A stretch of DNA of 64,000 nt from the human T2T-CHM13v2.0 reference genome, Homo sapiens, in assembly GCF_009914755.1 (NCBI RefSeq), contig NC_060926.1; one strand, written 5' to 3'. Under the pieces are notes generated by a model. That model made no database searches, was not told where the DNA came from, and saw nothing but the letters and a program-made list of their open reading frames with translations. The translations under genes were made by a program, and so were the position numbers. Shown here piece by piece: positions 44,226-60,796 of the stretch (positions are counted from its first letter, which is position 1; every line of letters starts with the position of its first letter).

Positions 44226-46505
44226 AGGGAGTTTGTAAACTAATAAAATCTCAGATCTATCAGTTTCTCACTCAGTACCCTCCTAGACTAGTCATTTAAC
44301 ATCTCTATCAGGGTCTTAATGTCTACATCTTTAAAATGGACATAATAATAATAATATCAACCCCATAAAGGTGTAATGAGGTTTAATGGAAAGAAAATAC
44401 ATAAAACAGCCAGTATTTACAGTGTGTGGCACATGGTAACTAACACAATAGTGTTAGCTATAATTATTTACTACTATAATTATCTTATATATAGATAAAT
44501 GTAAACATAAAGCCAGGTAGATGGTGCTATATCATAAAATTTGTTCAAATGAAGATGTGTAGCTGGTAAAATCAGGGGGCATTTGAAATCACCTTTGAAG
44601 GATTGGGAAGATGCAGAGGAAAGGAGCTCCACAGAGGAGGCACAAGGCCAAGAGGGGGAAGGAAGAGCATGGCATGGGACAGAGACTGTTGCAGCTGAAC
44701 TGTCCCACCATGACCTGCTCATTGCTCACAGATTATTAAGAAGTAGGGAAGTCAGTGAAGACTTGGCATGCTCCTGTGAATGGTTTTTCTCATTCCAGAT
44801 CATAGTCTTAGCTTAAATATCCCTTGTTCTTACCACTACTACTGAAATTTATTTTATAATTATAGTGTTAACAGTTCAATCTTTCAATAGCCATTAATAA
44901 TGTGTTCATGGGTATTATTTACTCTCTTAGCTTTTTTCCCCCTTGGATGTTCATAGAGCCTGTAAATCCTCTTTTTTGGCCAGCCTTTCCTTGGAAAATT
45001 GTTATTTTTCAAGATTAGAAAGAAAGCAGCACAGTAGTAGTCTTTGTGAAAGAAAACCCAAATCTTGTTTGGCCTCATTCTTCCTACATCTTTGGCCTCC
45101 CCACTCCTCATCTTGTTGATAAGCTTCCAAGAGTCCGGAAGCACTCCCATGTGTATATTTCAAGTACAGCTCTTAATAGTGTTTCTTTGGCCCCCAAATA
45201 CTGGTTTTCAGACACTTTGTATGACCTCAAGATCAAATTGGACTGTGTGGTGCAGAAGTTAGCAAGGCAGCCCCTTCTTCTTAAGCAGTGAATGCTCTAC
45301 TGTATGCTGGGTTCTTAAAGGTCCTGTGTCCTTGTGCTCCATACCTCAGGACTGCGTCATTTGTTTCATTACAGTACAGAATAGGCACCCGAAAAATGTT
45401 TGTGAAATAATTTCAAAGCAGAGCTCTCCCTGCTAGTGTGAAAATATACTCCTCAGGACTTCCGCTCAGCTTCCACCTGTCCCTGGCCTCCCTCTGCCTT
45501 GTCTTGGTGTGTGCTCTTCCACAGAGAGACTTGAGTGCTGGCTTGAAATTGCCTCTCCACTTTGCATGACCCCAAAATATACATTCCTGGGAATTTCAAA
45601 CGTGAGTTGGGACACACTGCTGGTGCAACTCCAGGCTGGCTCGCACAGAAACCAGCTTATGGGCAGTGAAACCTGGGCCTTGCAGCAGGGCTGGGGGCTG
45701 TAGTCAGGGGGCGGGGTGGGGCTGTGCTGTGGGTTCAAGGTAAGAGACTAGGCACCAGCCTGGGCCCTTTTGGACATCACTGAGCCTGTGCATCCTGGAG
45801 GTGGAGACTGAAGCAGGACTGATCCATTTCAACATCCTCTCTCCTCCCCTGACCCGAAACCTTCGGTAGGTGGGAGAACAAGACGGGTAATGACACCAAT
45901 AGTCCTTCTCCTCCTCTCCTTCAAAGGCACGCCCCGCCTCTATCCTCACCCTCCCTTCTTTACAAACTTCACCTTTGTTTATGCAAACTTCTCTGCTCAA
46001 AGGAGAAAGGACAGGGGCTCTTTCCATTATGCCAAAGGACATGAGACAGTGGAGACAAGGCCAAGGGCAGAAAGCCTAGTTAGAGTTTGCATTAGTGCCC
46101 ATTTTTACCCAGTGCCCTTGCTGTTTGGCTTTACACTGCCCTCTCTGACTCAGCCAGCAGTCCTACACATGTATATCTTTTGGATATCAGGAATCCTGTG
46201 AAAATGTGAATTATTCGGTGTAGACCACTGGCACCAGAGTCCTGCTCACGGGGCTTGGCAGTCTTCTTTTGTGGAGTAGGTTGTGATCATGGCGACCTTG
46301 TCAACATAAGAAAAAGAGAGCAAATAGATGCTTCAGTTTCACCAAGATTTGTCTTTTGGAGCTATTTTTCAAAAGGGTTTAACTTGATGTGATTTGACCA
46401 AAAGCATGTGTATAAACCCCTGAGGAGGGAAAGCCCTGAATTTGACTTCAGATTTTCAGTGCATGAGTTCTAAATATCAAGAAACCCTGATCTGGAGAAG
46501 TAGGT

Positions 46506-46508
<3 letters not shown>

Positions 46509-46536
<28 letters not shown>
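46509..46536. repeat. (GT)14 microsatellite
   Basis: Direct read. Confidence 0.95.
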
Positions 46537-46541
<5 letters not shown>

Positions 46542-47414
46542 TGCTATAAATTCATTATCCTTTTTTTTGATGCATTCCATCTTTTTTCTCCTTTACTTTC
46601 ATTATATCGTTGCTAAAAATAAATAAGGTAATAATGTTAGTTGCTTGAATGCTTGAGACCCATTCATTGTGTTCATTGCCAGAGTTTGCTGGTCTACATG
46701 TGAATTCAGGAGGAAGTATATTTTTACTTACTTAATTCAGCTAACCTTTAGCAGCCCAGAACTTTCTATTCGTCTTAAGTTTGGGAAAATCAGATGCTTT
46801 CTCTAAAGAATATCTAATAAAGGGCAAGCAGCATTGCTTCATGTTGTGAGAAAGTGCCAGAAGGAAAGGAGTGCCCACACTGGGTGGACCAATGCCTGCC
46901 AGGCAAAGCAGGCAGGTCTACGAGAAAAGGAGAGGGCCAAGCAGAAGGAAGGAAGTTCCCACCCCTTTCCCTGGCAAAACCTTGGCTGTTCTTCATCATG
47001 AGCCCTGAGTTTGGGCATGCAGCTGAAACACTGTGCAATGGGACCGTGGACCAAAGGGCAGAACATGAGCATGTTGTTCATGCTCAGGTCGTTCTGCCCC
47101 TTGCTCATGAACATGTCCATGGTCCCAGAACAACCCAGAATCAGAGCCTGATCCCTGAGAAAGCATGTGGTGACACTGAGGCAGCTGAAATGGTCCCCTG
47201 CATCCCGTCTTTAAAATGTAGGTCAAATGTATACAAGATCAGAATTTAGCCAGGTTGAAAAAAGACAGTTTAAAAAAGACAGTTTCTGACCTTATGTATC
47301 ACATGCTGTATATCAAGATAACTGTGCTAAGAGAACCTGTATTATATTTTTAGATGTTTCTAGAAATTCAGGATTTAAAGAGTGGTCAAGGATACTTCTT
47401 TAATTCCATGAAAC

Positions 47415-49804
<2,390 letters not shown>

Positions 49805-50184
49805 TTACTCGTGGAATCCATTGCTGTCACCTCATCACAGTGGTCACATTCATCCTGTTCTCTTCCAACAGGCTGGAAGCCTGAATATTACCTCTGTGAT
49901 AATTTTCCCTTCTAAAAATCTAATCTTAGGAATTAAGATAAAGGATTAATTTACAAAAAGTAAGATCTCTTTTTAAATCTTTGGTGATTTTTCTCAGCCC
50001 AAAGACATCTTCCTTTTGATAGAAGACAACATATCATTTGTAAGGTTTTTGAGATTTTCTATATGGTCCTTCCTCATGCTTAATGACAGAGTTTATATAT
50101 TTCTAAAAATAGTATTAGAAATATATATTAGAATGATCTAAGATATTTTCTTGAGTACTTTCAAAGGTTAAATCTTGTGCATGA

Positions 50185-50463
<279 letters not shown>

Positions 50464-50519
50464 AAGAACTCACTTTTCATGTTTCCAGATTATTATTTTG
50501 AAATCTAAATATTGAAATT

Positions 50520-52990
50520 TTTTATATTTTTAAATTTCTGACTATTTTTTGATGCTATTGTAAATTGTTTTGTTGGTTTCCTTCTCAAATTGTGCATTGT
50601 TAGTGTATAAAGTACGATTTTTACGTGTTGATTTTGTATTCTGCAACTTTGCTAGTCATTTATTCTGAAGGTATTTTTCATGGAGTATTTAGGGTTTTCT
50701 ACATATATTCTACATATTTCTACATCATTTTGTCTGCAAACAAAGACACTTTTCTTTTTTTAGAAAAATATTTCCATTATTGTGTTGAGTAAAAGTGGCA
50801 GGAGCAGGATCCTTGTCTTGTTCCTTATCTTAGAGGAAAAGCTTTCAGTGTTTCACCACTGAGTATGATGTTAGCTGTGGGCTTTTCATATATGGCCTTT
50901 ATTATGTTGCAGTAGTTTCTTTCTATTCCTAGTTTGTTGAGTGTTTTTATCATGAAAGGGTGTCAAATTTTAGGCTTTCTCAGCATCAATTGAGAAAATA
51001 ATGTGGGTTTTTCCCCTTAATTCTGTTAATGTAGCACATTATGTTGATTGATTTTTGGATGTTGAGCCATCCTTGAATTTCATTAATAAATTTGACTTGG
51101 TCATGGTGTACAAGCTTTTTAATGTGCTGTTGAATTCACTTTGCTAGTATTTTGTTGAGGATTTTGCATCAATATTCAGGAATATTGGCCTGTAGTTTTT
51201 TTTTTTTTTTCTTGTAGTATTGTTGGCTTTTTTACTAGGGTAATTCTGACCTCATAATGAGTTTGATAGTGTTTTTTCCTCTTCATTTTTTGGAAAAGTT
51301 TGAGGAAAATTGGTGTTAATTCTTCTTTAAAGGTTTGGTAGAATTCTCCAGTGAAGCCATCTGATGCTGGGCTTTTCTTTATCAGGAGATTTTTTAAATT
51401 ACTGATTCAATCTCCTTACTTGTTATTGAGATTTTCTATTTCTTTGTGATTCAGCCTTAGTAGGTTGTGTATTTCTAGAAATGTGCCTGTTTCATTTAGG
51501 TCATCCAACTTGTTGGCATACAACTATTTATAGTACTCTCTTACACATTTTTTATTTCTGTAAAATCAATAGTAATATCCCCTCTTTCATTTCTGATTTT
51601 AGTTGAGTGTTCCTTAGTCATTCTCACTAAAGGTTTGTCAATTTTGTTCATCTTTTCAAAGAACAGAGTCTTGCTTTCATTGATTTTCTCTATTGTTTTT
51701 CTATTCTTTATTTTGTCTATATCTGACCTAATCTTTATTATTTCTTCCTTCTGCTAGTTTTGTTCTTCTAGTTCCTTAGGGCATAAAGTTAGGTTGTTGA
51801 CTTGAGCTCTTCCTTCTTTTTTAATGTTAAGTATTTATAGCTATAAATTTCCCTCTTAGGACTGTTTTCACTGTATCTTGTAAAGTTTGGTATGTTGTGT
51901 TTTCATTTCATTTCTCAAGATATTTTCTAGTTTCTCTTGAGATTTCTTCTTTGAGCCATTGTTGTTTAAGTATGTTGTTTAATTTCCACATATTTATGTG
52001 TTTTCCAGTTTTCCTTCTGCTTTTGATTTCTAGTTTCATTTCATTATGATTGAAAAAAGATATTTTGTATGATTTCAATATTTTTAAATTTATTAAGACT
52101 TACTTTGTGACTCAACATATGGTCTTTCCTGGAGAATATGTCATGTGCACTTGAGAAAAATGTGTATTCTGCTGTTGCCGGGTAGAGTGTTTTGTAAATG
52201 TCAGCTAGATCCAATTAGTCTACAGTGTTATTGATCTTCTGTTTCATTGTTCTATACCTTATCGAAAGTAGGATATTGAAATCTTCTCTATTATTATAGA
52301 TCTATGTATTGCTCCCTTCAATTCTGTCAGTGTTTGCTTCATATATTTAGGAGCACTGATGTTTGGTGCATATATGTTTATAATTGTTATATATTCTGAA
52401 TTGACTGTTTTATGATTGTACAATATCCTTTGTCTCTTGTAACTTTTGGGGGGCTTGAAGTCTATTTTGTCTGATATTAATATGGCTAAACATGTTCTCT
52501 TTTAGTTGCTATTTGCATGAAATTTTTTTTCTGTTCTTTCACTTTCTACCCATGAGTGTCCTAAGTCTACCGTGAGTCTCTTATAGATAACATATAATTA
52601 AATCGTGTTTTTTTAGTGCATCCTGCCAATCTGTATCTTTTGATTGAGGAGTCTAATTTATTTACATTTAAAGTGATTACTAATAGAGAAGGACTTACTT
52701 TTGCCATTTTATTACTCATTTGCTGCTTATCTTATAGCTTTTTTTGTTCTTAATTTCCTCCCTCACTGATTTTCTTTGTGTTTGATTTTTCATAGTGACA
52801 AATTTTGATTCCCTTTTACTTTCCATTTGAAAATATTCTATAGTTATTTTCTTTGTGGTTACCATGGTATTACATATAACATCCTAAAGTTATAACAATC
52901 TATTTTAAACTAATACCAACTTAACTTGGTATTGCATACAACATCCTTAGGTTATAGCAGTCTATCTTAAACTGATACCAATTTAACTTC
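50520..52990 (-). mobile_element. Old L1M ORF2 fragment
   Basis: T-rich antisense L1 ORF2 sequence. Boundaries approximate. Confidence 0.75.
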
Positions 52991-53065
52991 GATGTTGAAT
53001 TATTTTCTATTTTTTAGCCCTTACTGTATACCAGACACTACATTAAGCACTCCATACTTATTTCA

Positions 53066-53368
53066 TTTGTTGTTGTTGTTTTGTTTTGAGACAGAGTCTT
53101 GCTGTGTCACCCAGGTTGGAGTGCAGTGGCACAATCTTGGCTCATGGCAACATCCACCGCCCAGGCTCAAGGGATTCTTCTGCCTTGGCCTCTGAGTAGC
53201 TGGGATTACAGGTGCCCGCCACCAAACCTGGCTAATTTTTGTATTTTCAGCAGAGATATGGTTTCACCATGTTGGCCAGGCTGGTCTCAAACTCCTGACC
53301 TCAAGTGATTCACCTGTCTCGGCCTCCCAAAGTGTTAGGATTACAGGTGTGAGCCACCATGCCCAGCC
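53066..53368 (-). mobile_element. AluS inserted in a MIR
   Basis: Reverse Alu with (TTG)n tail; MIR core AAATGAGGAAAC follows. Confidence 0.88.
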
Positions 53369-53949
53369 CACACTTACTTCATTTTAATCCTTTTAGTAAC
53401 CTTCTGAAATGCAAGTATTACTATTGGTATCCAATAAATGAGGAAACCAAAGCACAAGGAGATGAATTAATTAATTTAAAGTCACATAGCTAAGAAGTGA
53501 CAAAGTCAGGACTTATTCCAGGTCTGTCACACCCTCCCATGTTCCACCCAGTACTGTGAACAGCCTGAATTATTTCTTCTGCATTCACCAAATCAGGCAT
53601 GGCAGCCACATGCCTTTGTTAAAGCTTGTAGCTGACTAGTCCCCTTCTTTCCAAAACATAATTAGTGGCTTCCCGTTTTTATTTGACATTTAACATAGGT
53701 ATATATGCTAACATGGAAGCACAAAAATGGCAACACAGGGTTGAGACTCGAAAGTGTAAACAAATATAAAAAGTTATCTGAAATTTAATGTGGCCTACTT
53801 GTAGTAGAAATTTTTCTTTAAATAGTTAAAAATGTGTTCCAGTAATGAAGCAAAATTTGGGACTGTTTATTAAAGTAATATACATCAAAACATTATAAGT
53901 TGGATTGTAGGGGATTGTCTAATGAATACATTTTTTTCTTCTTTAATAG

Positions 53950-54062
53950 TCTACTGCCAGAAACATTAATTGGAAATATGTGTTCTATTCACTTGTTGAT
54001 ATTTTATCGACAAATTCTTGGAGATGTGCTCCTGAAAGACAGGATGAGCTTGCAAAGTACTG
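53950..54062 (+). CDS. NPHP1: NPHP1 exon 17 (113 nt; [37 protein letters not shown])
   Basis: AATAG| acceptor, G|GTAAGT donor. Confidence 0.96.
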
Positions 54063-55505
54063 GTAAGTGGGCTTTGCCACTTCCTTATGTGCAGTAATGC
54101 TTCATACTCTGAGTAAAGGTAACCTATACCATCTTGTATCTTCTGTTTCTGGTTGTGACTTTTGGAATAAAATATTTAGAACAGCATTGATGTTAATACA
54201 TTACTTATGGGACATCTTCAGATCCAAAGCATTGAGCTTTGTGAACTCGACACATATTCAGTTCTTTCAAACATATGTATTTTCACATTTCAAATTCTAG
54301 AGTTTTGAGATCCCAAGAGTCAGATATAGTCATATTTTCCCTTAATGTCTCTGAGTAATCTGTTTTTTCCCATGTGTTTGGTATGCACATAATCATTTTG
54401 AAGAGAAACCAAAATCAACCAAAATAGCTGGTTCTTAGTGCATGAAGTATAAGTATCAAATGGATTAGTTTAAATTGGTGAATCCAGATATGGAGTATTT
54501 GGGTGTCCTATGTACTGTCTTTATTCTTGCAACTTTTTTGTACGTTTGAAATTTTTACCAAGTAAAATGTTAAAAAATAAGTTTAAAAATCAATGAGTCA
54601 CCATACATGATTGAACCTGCAAAGATAAATGCATGTGTTATAGTAATTGCCTTCAAAAAGAAAAGCAGTTTAATTGTATTGGCTCTTCTTTCAGTTCAAT
54701 AAATCAGTAACCAGATATGTACTGAGTACCTGGTATGTGCCAGATATTATGCTAGGCCCAGTGATGAATGAGACAGGCATAGGCGTCCCAGGCCTCAAAC
54801 ACATAATTTCATGAATAATCCTCTCCACCCTTTTGAAATAAGTGCTGTGAAGGAAAATACACAACGAGAACATGCACTGGGAAGACTTGATTAATGTGTA
54901 GGGTAAGGAAAGGCTTCTTTGAGTGAGTAATATTTAACAAAAGATGTGAGAGAGGAATTAGACCTATGAGGGAAGTGTGTGGGGAAGGATTCTTTCTGGG
55001 TAGAGGGGCCAGCATGTCTGAAGACCCAAGGAAAGAAGACATGCATGTGTTGGAGGGCTTGAAATTGAGGCAGGCCAGTATGGATGGAGCAGAGTGAGTG
55101 AGAGGCTTAGCACTTGTGGACAAATAACATTCATAGGCAGGAGTCCTCTCCCAGGGACTTATCACCTGGATAGATAGGTAGAAGTGGAACTCAAAGGCAG
55201 AGAAGCGCAGAAAGTTCTCAAGGAATCATTATAACTCTAAGGGGGAGGACGGGTAAGCCTTTTAATCACCATTGCCTTTGAATTCATTTTCATGACTCTT
55301 GAGAAACTTCATGAATGATGTGACCTCTTAAAGAGGATAAGGCTTGTTAGTTTTCCCAATAGGTAAGAAGTTTACTCAGAATTGTTGACTTCATTTGAAT
55401 TTAATCATTAGAATAAAATATCCTAATAATATCTAAAGAATGAATTTTTCTCTACTGAGGACACCAGATTATAGAATACCTTGCCCTTGCCATTTCAAAA
55501 GTGTC

Positions 55506-55860
55506 TGCTGTGGTTTCAGTGTGTCCCATCTAAAATTCATGTTACCAATGTAATGGTATTGAAAAGTGGGGCCTTTGAGTGGCGATTAGGCCATGAGGGC
55601 TGTTGCCTTATGAATGGGATTAGAGACCCTTACAGAAGGGCTTGACAAGGGAATTCGTCTCACCCTTTTGCCTTCAGCCACGTGATGGCACAGTGTTCCT
55701 CCCCTCTGGAGGATGTTGTAAGAAGGCCCTTACCAGACACCAAATGCCATTACCTTGATCTTGGATTTCCCAGCCTCCAGAACTTGGAGAAATAATTTTA
55801 TTTTGTTTATGTTACCCAGTCTCAGGTATTCCACTACAGCAGCGCAAACAGACTAAGACA
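55506..55860 (+). mobile_element. MaLR solo LTR (MSTD/MLT1A-like)
   Basis: TGCTGTGGTTT... to ...ACAGACTAAGACA; TGTC on both flanks. Confidence 0.75.
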
Positions 55861-56429
55861 TGTCTTTCCTGATGTGCTTCTTTGCACAGATTTTTCATGT
55901 GCTGTTATCTATTGTGAAATGTCAATATTCTCCCTCACTGTGTTTGGTCATATGGCCAGAATCCTCAATTCCTAATTCTTCCAGTTTCACCTACCACTGT
56001 CTGCTGGCTCCAGACACAAGTTTGGGTCCTTCCCTGAGCGCTGGTGGCCTGGAATCAGACCTGAGCAGCAGGTCCTCTGTCTCCTTTCCCCCCAATGCTT
56101 CCTAGTTTCTGCTCAGTCTCCCAAGAGCAGGGCTACCTCTAAGGGGAAGATTCCTTTTACCATGCCACAGCCATAAGGAAGAAAGAGAAGTTGAAGAAAA
56201 ACACAGAACAAAATTTTCTAGTCTTATTCTGTTCAGAGCCTCCTTGCCCTTACTCTAAAAGCTCCATTAATTTGGTACAGGAACTCACCAGGATATGGGT
56301 ATAGGGGCAAATGAAGGTTGAAGGGACAGCTTTGAGCTCTCCTAGAAGTCAAAGTGTGTAGAATGTGTTATCAACAAATCATTTGGCACAATAATTTTCA
56401 TCTGAATATTTTTGTGTCTATTGCAATAA

Positions 56430-56651
<222 letters not shown>

Positions 56652-56958
56652 TAGGATGATGTCTCCCAATCCCTATCCATTGTCTAGGTAACTCAGTCCT
56701 CATCTTTCCCATCTTAGCATAAATTCCCAAGGGCTGCCTTCCCTGACCCAGGGAGCAGGTGGAGTGCCTGCTATGTACACTATTGCAATCTTTGCCCATT
56801 TTTTCCTTGACTTAGGATGGCCACTGATTGTGTCCTAAGAGCAAAAATCCAAAATGGTCTGTAAGATAAATCAATTGAATTTGCAGGGGAGAATCAGGGC
56901 ATGCACATCATCTTTAATTCCATGTGTGCTGTTTGCTGTCTGAAATAACTGTTGAGTG

Positions 56959-57034
56959 TTATGTTAAATCATATGAAATCTCCAATTTTCAGCCATTTTT
57001 GGCCTAAGTGGCAGTTTCATATGGTTTAGCCTAA
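56959..57034. mobile_element. MADE2-like mariner MITE
   Basis: Palindromic arms CATATGAAAT... / ...TTTCATATGG, ending CCTAA-TA. Confidence 0.7.
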
Positions 57035-58374
57035 TACATCAGGGTCAATAAGTAGAAGAGCTGCATGCATGCAAGGCAGATACACAGGTAACATCACAAG
57101 TGCCATGGGGGAGGTATAACCCAGGACCTTGAAGATTTAAAGAAGGCAGCAAAGAAGGATCCAAATTCTGTTTCACTAGAGAGGTCCTGCATGAGAGAGC
57201 CTAATAAAGGCCAGGGCCAAGAGGATTTTGACCTGCTGAGATGGGGGTGAAGACGTTGCAGGTAGAAGGCTTAGCATGAGCAGACGTTTGAGGCAGGAAG
57301 GAATAGAGCTGACAGTCCAGCTTGGCATGTCAGATGCAAGTAAGGGAGTGGTTGGTAGATGGGCAAGGTAAGCCTGAGTCTCGGTGTGGGGCTGAGGGCG
57401 GTGGTAGGTGGTGGGTAACCCAGGAAGGTTTCTTCTTTAGGCAAACTCTGCCAAGTGCAAAGAGGCAGAACATGTGCAGGAGGGAGGTGAGCATATTAGG
57501 GGGTGACTCCTGCTGATAAAAACTAGGCCATATGCACCTGACAGCAGAAACAGAAGGAGGACTCAGTCATCTACAAAGATTCTTATTAGACTTTGAAACC
57601 AATTCATATGCTAGCTTGGCTGGGTTGGGGGGTGTCAATAGTAATAATGACATTTTCAACAGAGATGTTTAAGAAAATGTTCATGGTACATATGATCTCC
57701 TGTAATTTTAGATAAGTTCGTCTGGCACTATAGCTAGATAATGCAGAATTTCTCTTTCTTCTCCTATAAAGTCACTAGTATCATAATAATTATTCATTAC
57801 ACAGAACATATATACACTGATTCTTCAACAAAGATTTCACAAGAGCCTACTATGTATTAATATAAGGCACTGTGCTGGCCACAGGAATATTTCCCTAGGT
57901 GTGTAACAGGAATCTGCACCTTGTTCTTAGGAGGAAACTTAGGATCCCTAATCTAGTCTAAAATCTGCATTTCCCTGATGAGCAGACAGCTTGGAGATGT
58001 GCAGTGACTTGGCCGGCCATGGAGCTCAGCCATGACCCAGCCGGGGCTGTCCCTGCGGGTCAGCTCTGGGTGCACCCAGAATGTGCCACGGGCTGCTTGA
58101 AAGCATGAGGGTAAAGTTGTGCACATATGTTATTTAGCAAAAAGACCCCATTTGAGCCATAATAAGTATAAATATATATACATTTATATACCTGCCTGTG
58201 AAAAGATCTGGAAGAATATATTCCAGAGAGGTATTGGTGAATATCTCTGGATCTTGGATTATTTTATCTACATTTTCTTAATTTTTTCACATTGAATTAT
58301 TTGTGTTATGATAATTTTAAAAAAGAAAGTGGTGGTTGTTTCTACACCCATGAGCCTTCTTCTCTCCGTGGCAT

Positions 58375-58745
58375 AGTGTATTACTTAGGAGAAGCTTGGC
58401 TGTGCTGTGGTGGTTAGCACAGGTTTATTTCTTACCCATGGTATGTATCCAGCATGGATCAGTGGAAGATGCTGCTCCACAGTCACCCAAGGGTACAGGC
58501 TGGTGGAGCCTCTACTGTCTCACAGCACCATCTGGAACAAGTAGCTGCCTCTGTTGCCAGTTTCCCTGCAGAAGAGGGAGAATGGAGAATTGTTCTTGGG
58601 CTTTCACTGCCTTTGCTTCAAAGGGGCCTGGGCCACTTCTGCTCACATTGCATTGGCCAAAACCAGTCACACGGTCCATTTAACTTCAAAGGAGGTATAG
58701 TCTTCTTTTTGTTCCAGAAGAAAGGAAGTGGATCTTGGTGAGGTA
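58375..58745. mobile_element. Old MLT1-type MaLR LTR remnant
   Basis: Motif ACTTCTGCTCACATTGCATTGGCCAAAACCAGTCAC. Approximate. Confidence 0.55.
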
Positions 58746-58927
58746 ATAGTGACCTTTAACACGTTTGCTATTCCCAAATGAGTTACTCTAAGTGAAACAT
58801 CCTACTATTTGCTGGTGGCTGAATGAAAAATAAGGTGGGACATTGACATGTAACTAACAAAAATAGACAAATTTTACCAGACACTAAGTCTACATTTGCT
58901 AAGTGATACTCACGTTAAACCATATTA

Positions 58928-59005
58928 TTAGGTTGGTGCAAGAGAACTGTGGTTTTTGCCATAAAAGTAGTAGCAAAAACCACAATTACTTTTGCACCAA
59001 CTGAA
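58928..59005. mobile_element. MADE1 mariner MITE (Hsmar1 TIR palindrome)
   Basis: TTAGGTTGGTGCAA...TTTTGCACCAACTGAA, TA on both sides. Confidence 0.88.
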
Positions 59006-60059
59006 TAAAATTTAAAATGTACAGCATGTGAGCCTCCTAGAGTTTACTTACCTAGCACAGTTCAGTTTGTGGATGACATTTTAATAATAAGAAGAATGGC
59101 ACTTGGCCTGTTTAGTAAAACACTCTGGTTCTGTAAGGGTCCTCTTCAAACTCCTAAGGACCCATAGCACAGCAGTTAATAGGGTGGAGGACCATAGTCC
59201 CCTCACGTGGTAATAGGTATGAACATTCCAAAATGTTCTCATGAGTGGCATAGTCTGTTATCTCCTGCTGAGAAACGCTCTATCAATGCATCATTTATTT
59301 TATGGAGAATCTCTTTATTGGTGCCATATGTTATGTTCATCCCAGGGCCTCCCTGCTGAGAAAGGTCTGATGCTTTCAGGTTACTCATGATATCAGGTGC
59401 CAACAGGAGGATATCTACTGACATGCACAGAACCCAGACCCTGGAACAGGCAGCCGTGAGACTGGTCATATTCCACCCACGCATTCAGTTTGCCAGGAAA
59501 TGGCACAGTGAAAGTCTTAAATTCATACTTCTGTGGGACTAATTGAACTCTGGGGTTTTTATTTATTTGAGGAAATTTCTGTGAAGCCCTGTGGACAGAT
59601 TAGAAATATTTACTCACAAAATTGTACTTCAGTCTGTCTCATTCTGACCATTGTCATCATCATGACAGAGAGAATTGTAGAAAAGTTTGGTATTTGGCAG
59701 TGTTTTCTATTTTCATTACTGTCTTACTTGGAAAGCTTAATACTATTTTATTATTCAGGTGCTGTGGTTGTATAGTTTTCATGGATGTGTTAGTGTTTCG
59801 CTGATTCTATTCTTAAGTTAGTTTTGATTTATAATTATCATGGGCTTCTACGGCATTTTTCACAGATACATCTGCCTGGTCATTCTGGTGCTGGGTCATT
59901 TGCAATAGATTCCTAATTACAGATTCACTTCTTGCTTGTATAGAATCTGTACAGCATTTTTAACCCTGTCCATAAGTTTATTTACAGAGTAAATTTGCAT
60001 AAGTGTTGCAAGGACTTGTTACTACTTGGACTAACATAATATTTCTGTTTGCTCTTTAG

Positions 60060-60104
60060 AGTTCGTGGGCTGGAAAAGAAAGCACATTAAAAAGATCAGA
60101 GAAG
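60060..60104 (+). CDS. NPHP1: NPHP1 exon 19 (45 nt; SSWAGKESTLKRSEK)
   Basis: TTTAG| acceptor, AAG|GTAAAA donor. Confidence 0.93.
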
Positions 60105-60579
60105 GTAAAATATGAGTCTCCACACTGAACTCCATATTTGCAGTACCTGGTGTTTGCTTGCCTATTCTAATCATGTCTCTTTTTTAGCAAAAGTAGCCAT
60201 AGTCATAATCCCTCTTAACCAGGGAAACTGTTTCATTATGGCTGCAAAAACACATTCCAAGAGGGTTACGCATGATCGTTAGCTAATGTGAGAAGGAATA
60301 CTTGTTCAAGACAGCCATTTCAGATTACTGAGTTTTATTTAAATAAAGGGGAAGTTTCTAAGCCAAAGTCTCTCAGTTGTGTATCAAATTTCTTTTATTT
60401 TTAAAAAACTTCTCTAGCTCTCAAAGCCTGTATCACCAAGAGAAGGGAAAAAAAAATGGCCTGAGCTGTACCATATATTGAAAACAATGCATTGCTCCTG
60501 CTTACCTTGCTATAAAATCATGGTAATTACCAATCCGAACTTGCTTTAATCGGTGAGTCGTGGTTTGACTGCTCTCATC

Positions 60580-60796
60580 CAGGATTTGGCAAATGGGAAG
60601 GGCTATAGATGGAAAATCTTCTTGGCTTTTCAGGTCTTGTGGTCTCTGTCACACTACTCAGCTCTGGTGTTGTAACACAAAAGCAGCCACAGACAATATG
60701 TAAATGACCAAATGTGACTGTTTTCCTATAAAACTTTATTTATGAAAAGAGGTGAGAGTCCACATTTGGCCCACAGTCCATACTTTACCAGTCCTG
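60580..60796. mobile_element. MER58A-like hAT element
   Basis: CAGG.TTGGCAAA terminus; internal AAAAGCAGCCACAGACAATATGTAAATG and ATAAAACTTTATTTA. Confidence 0.7.

Noticed and set aside
46814-47249. Overlapping 74-131 aa ORFs in intron 16
   Set aside because: No recognisable homology or splice context; the hairpin in this region is reported separately.
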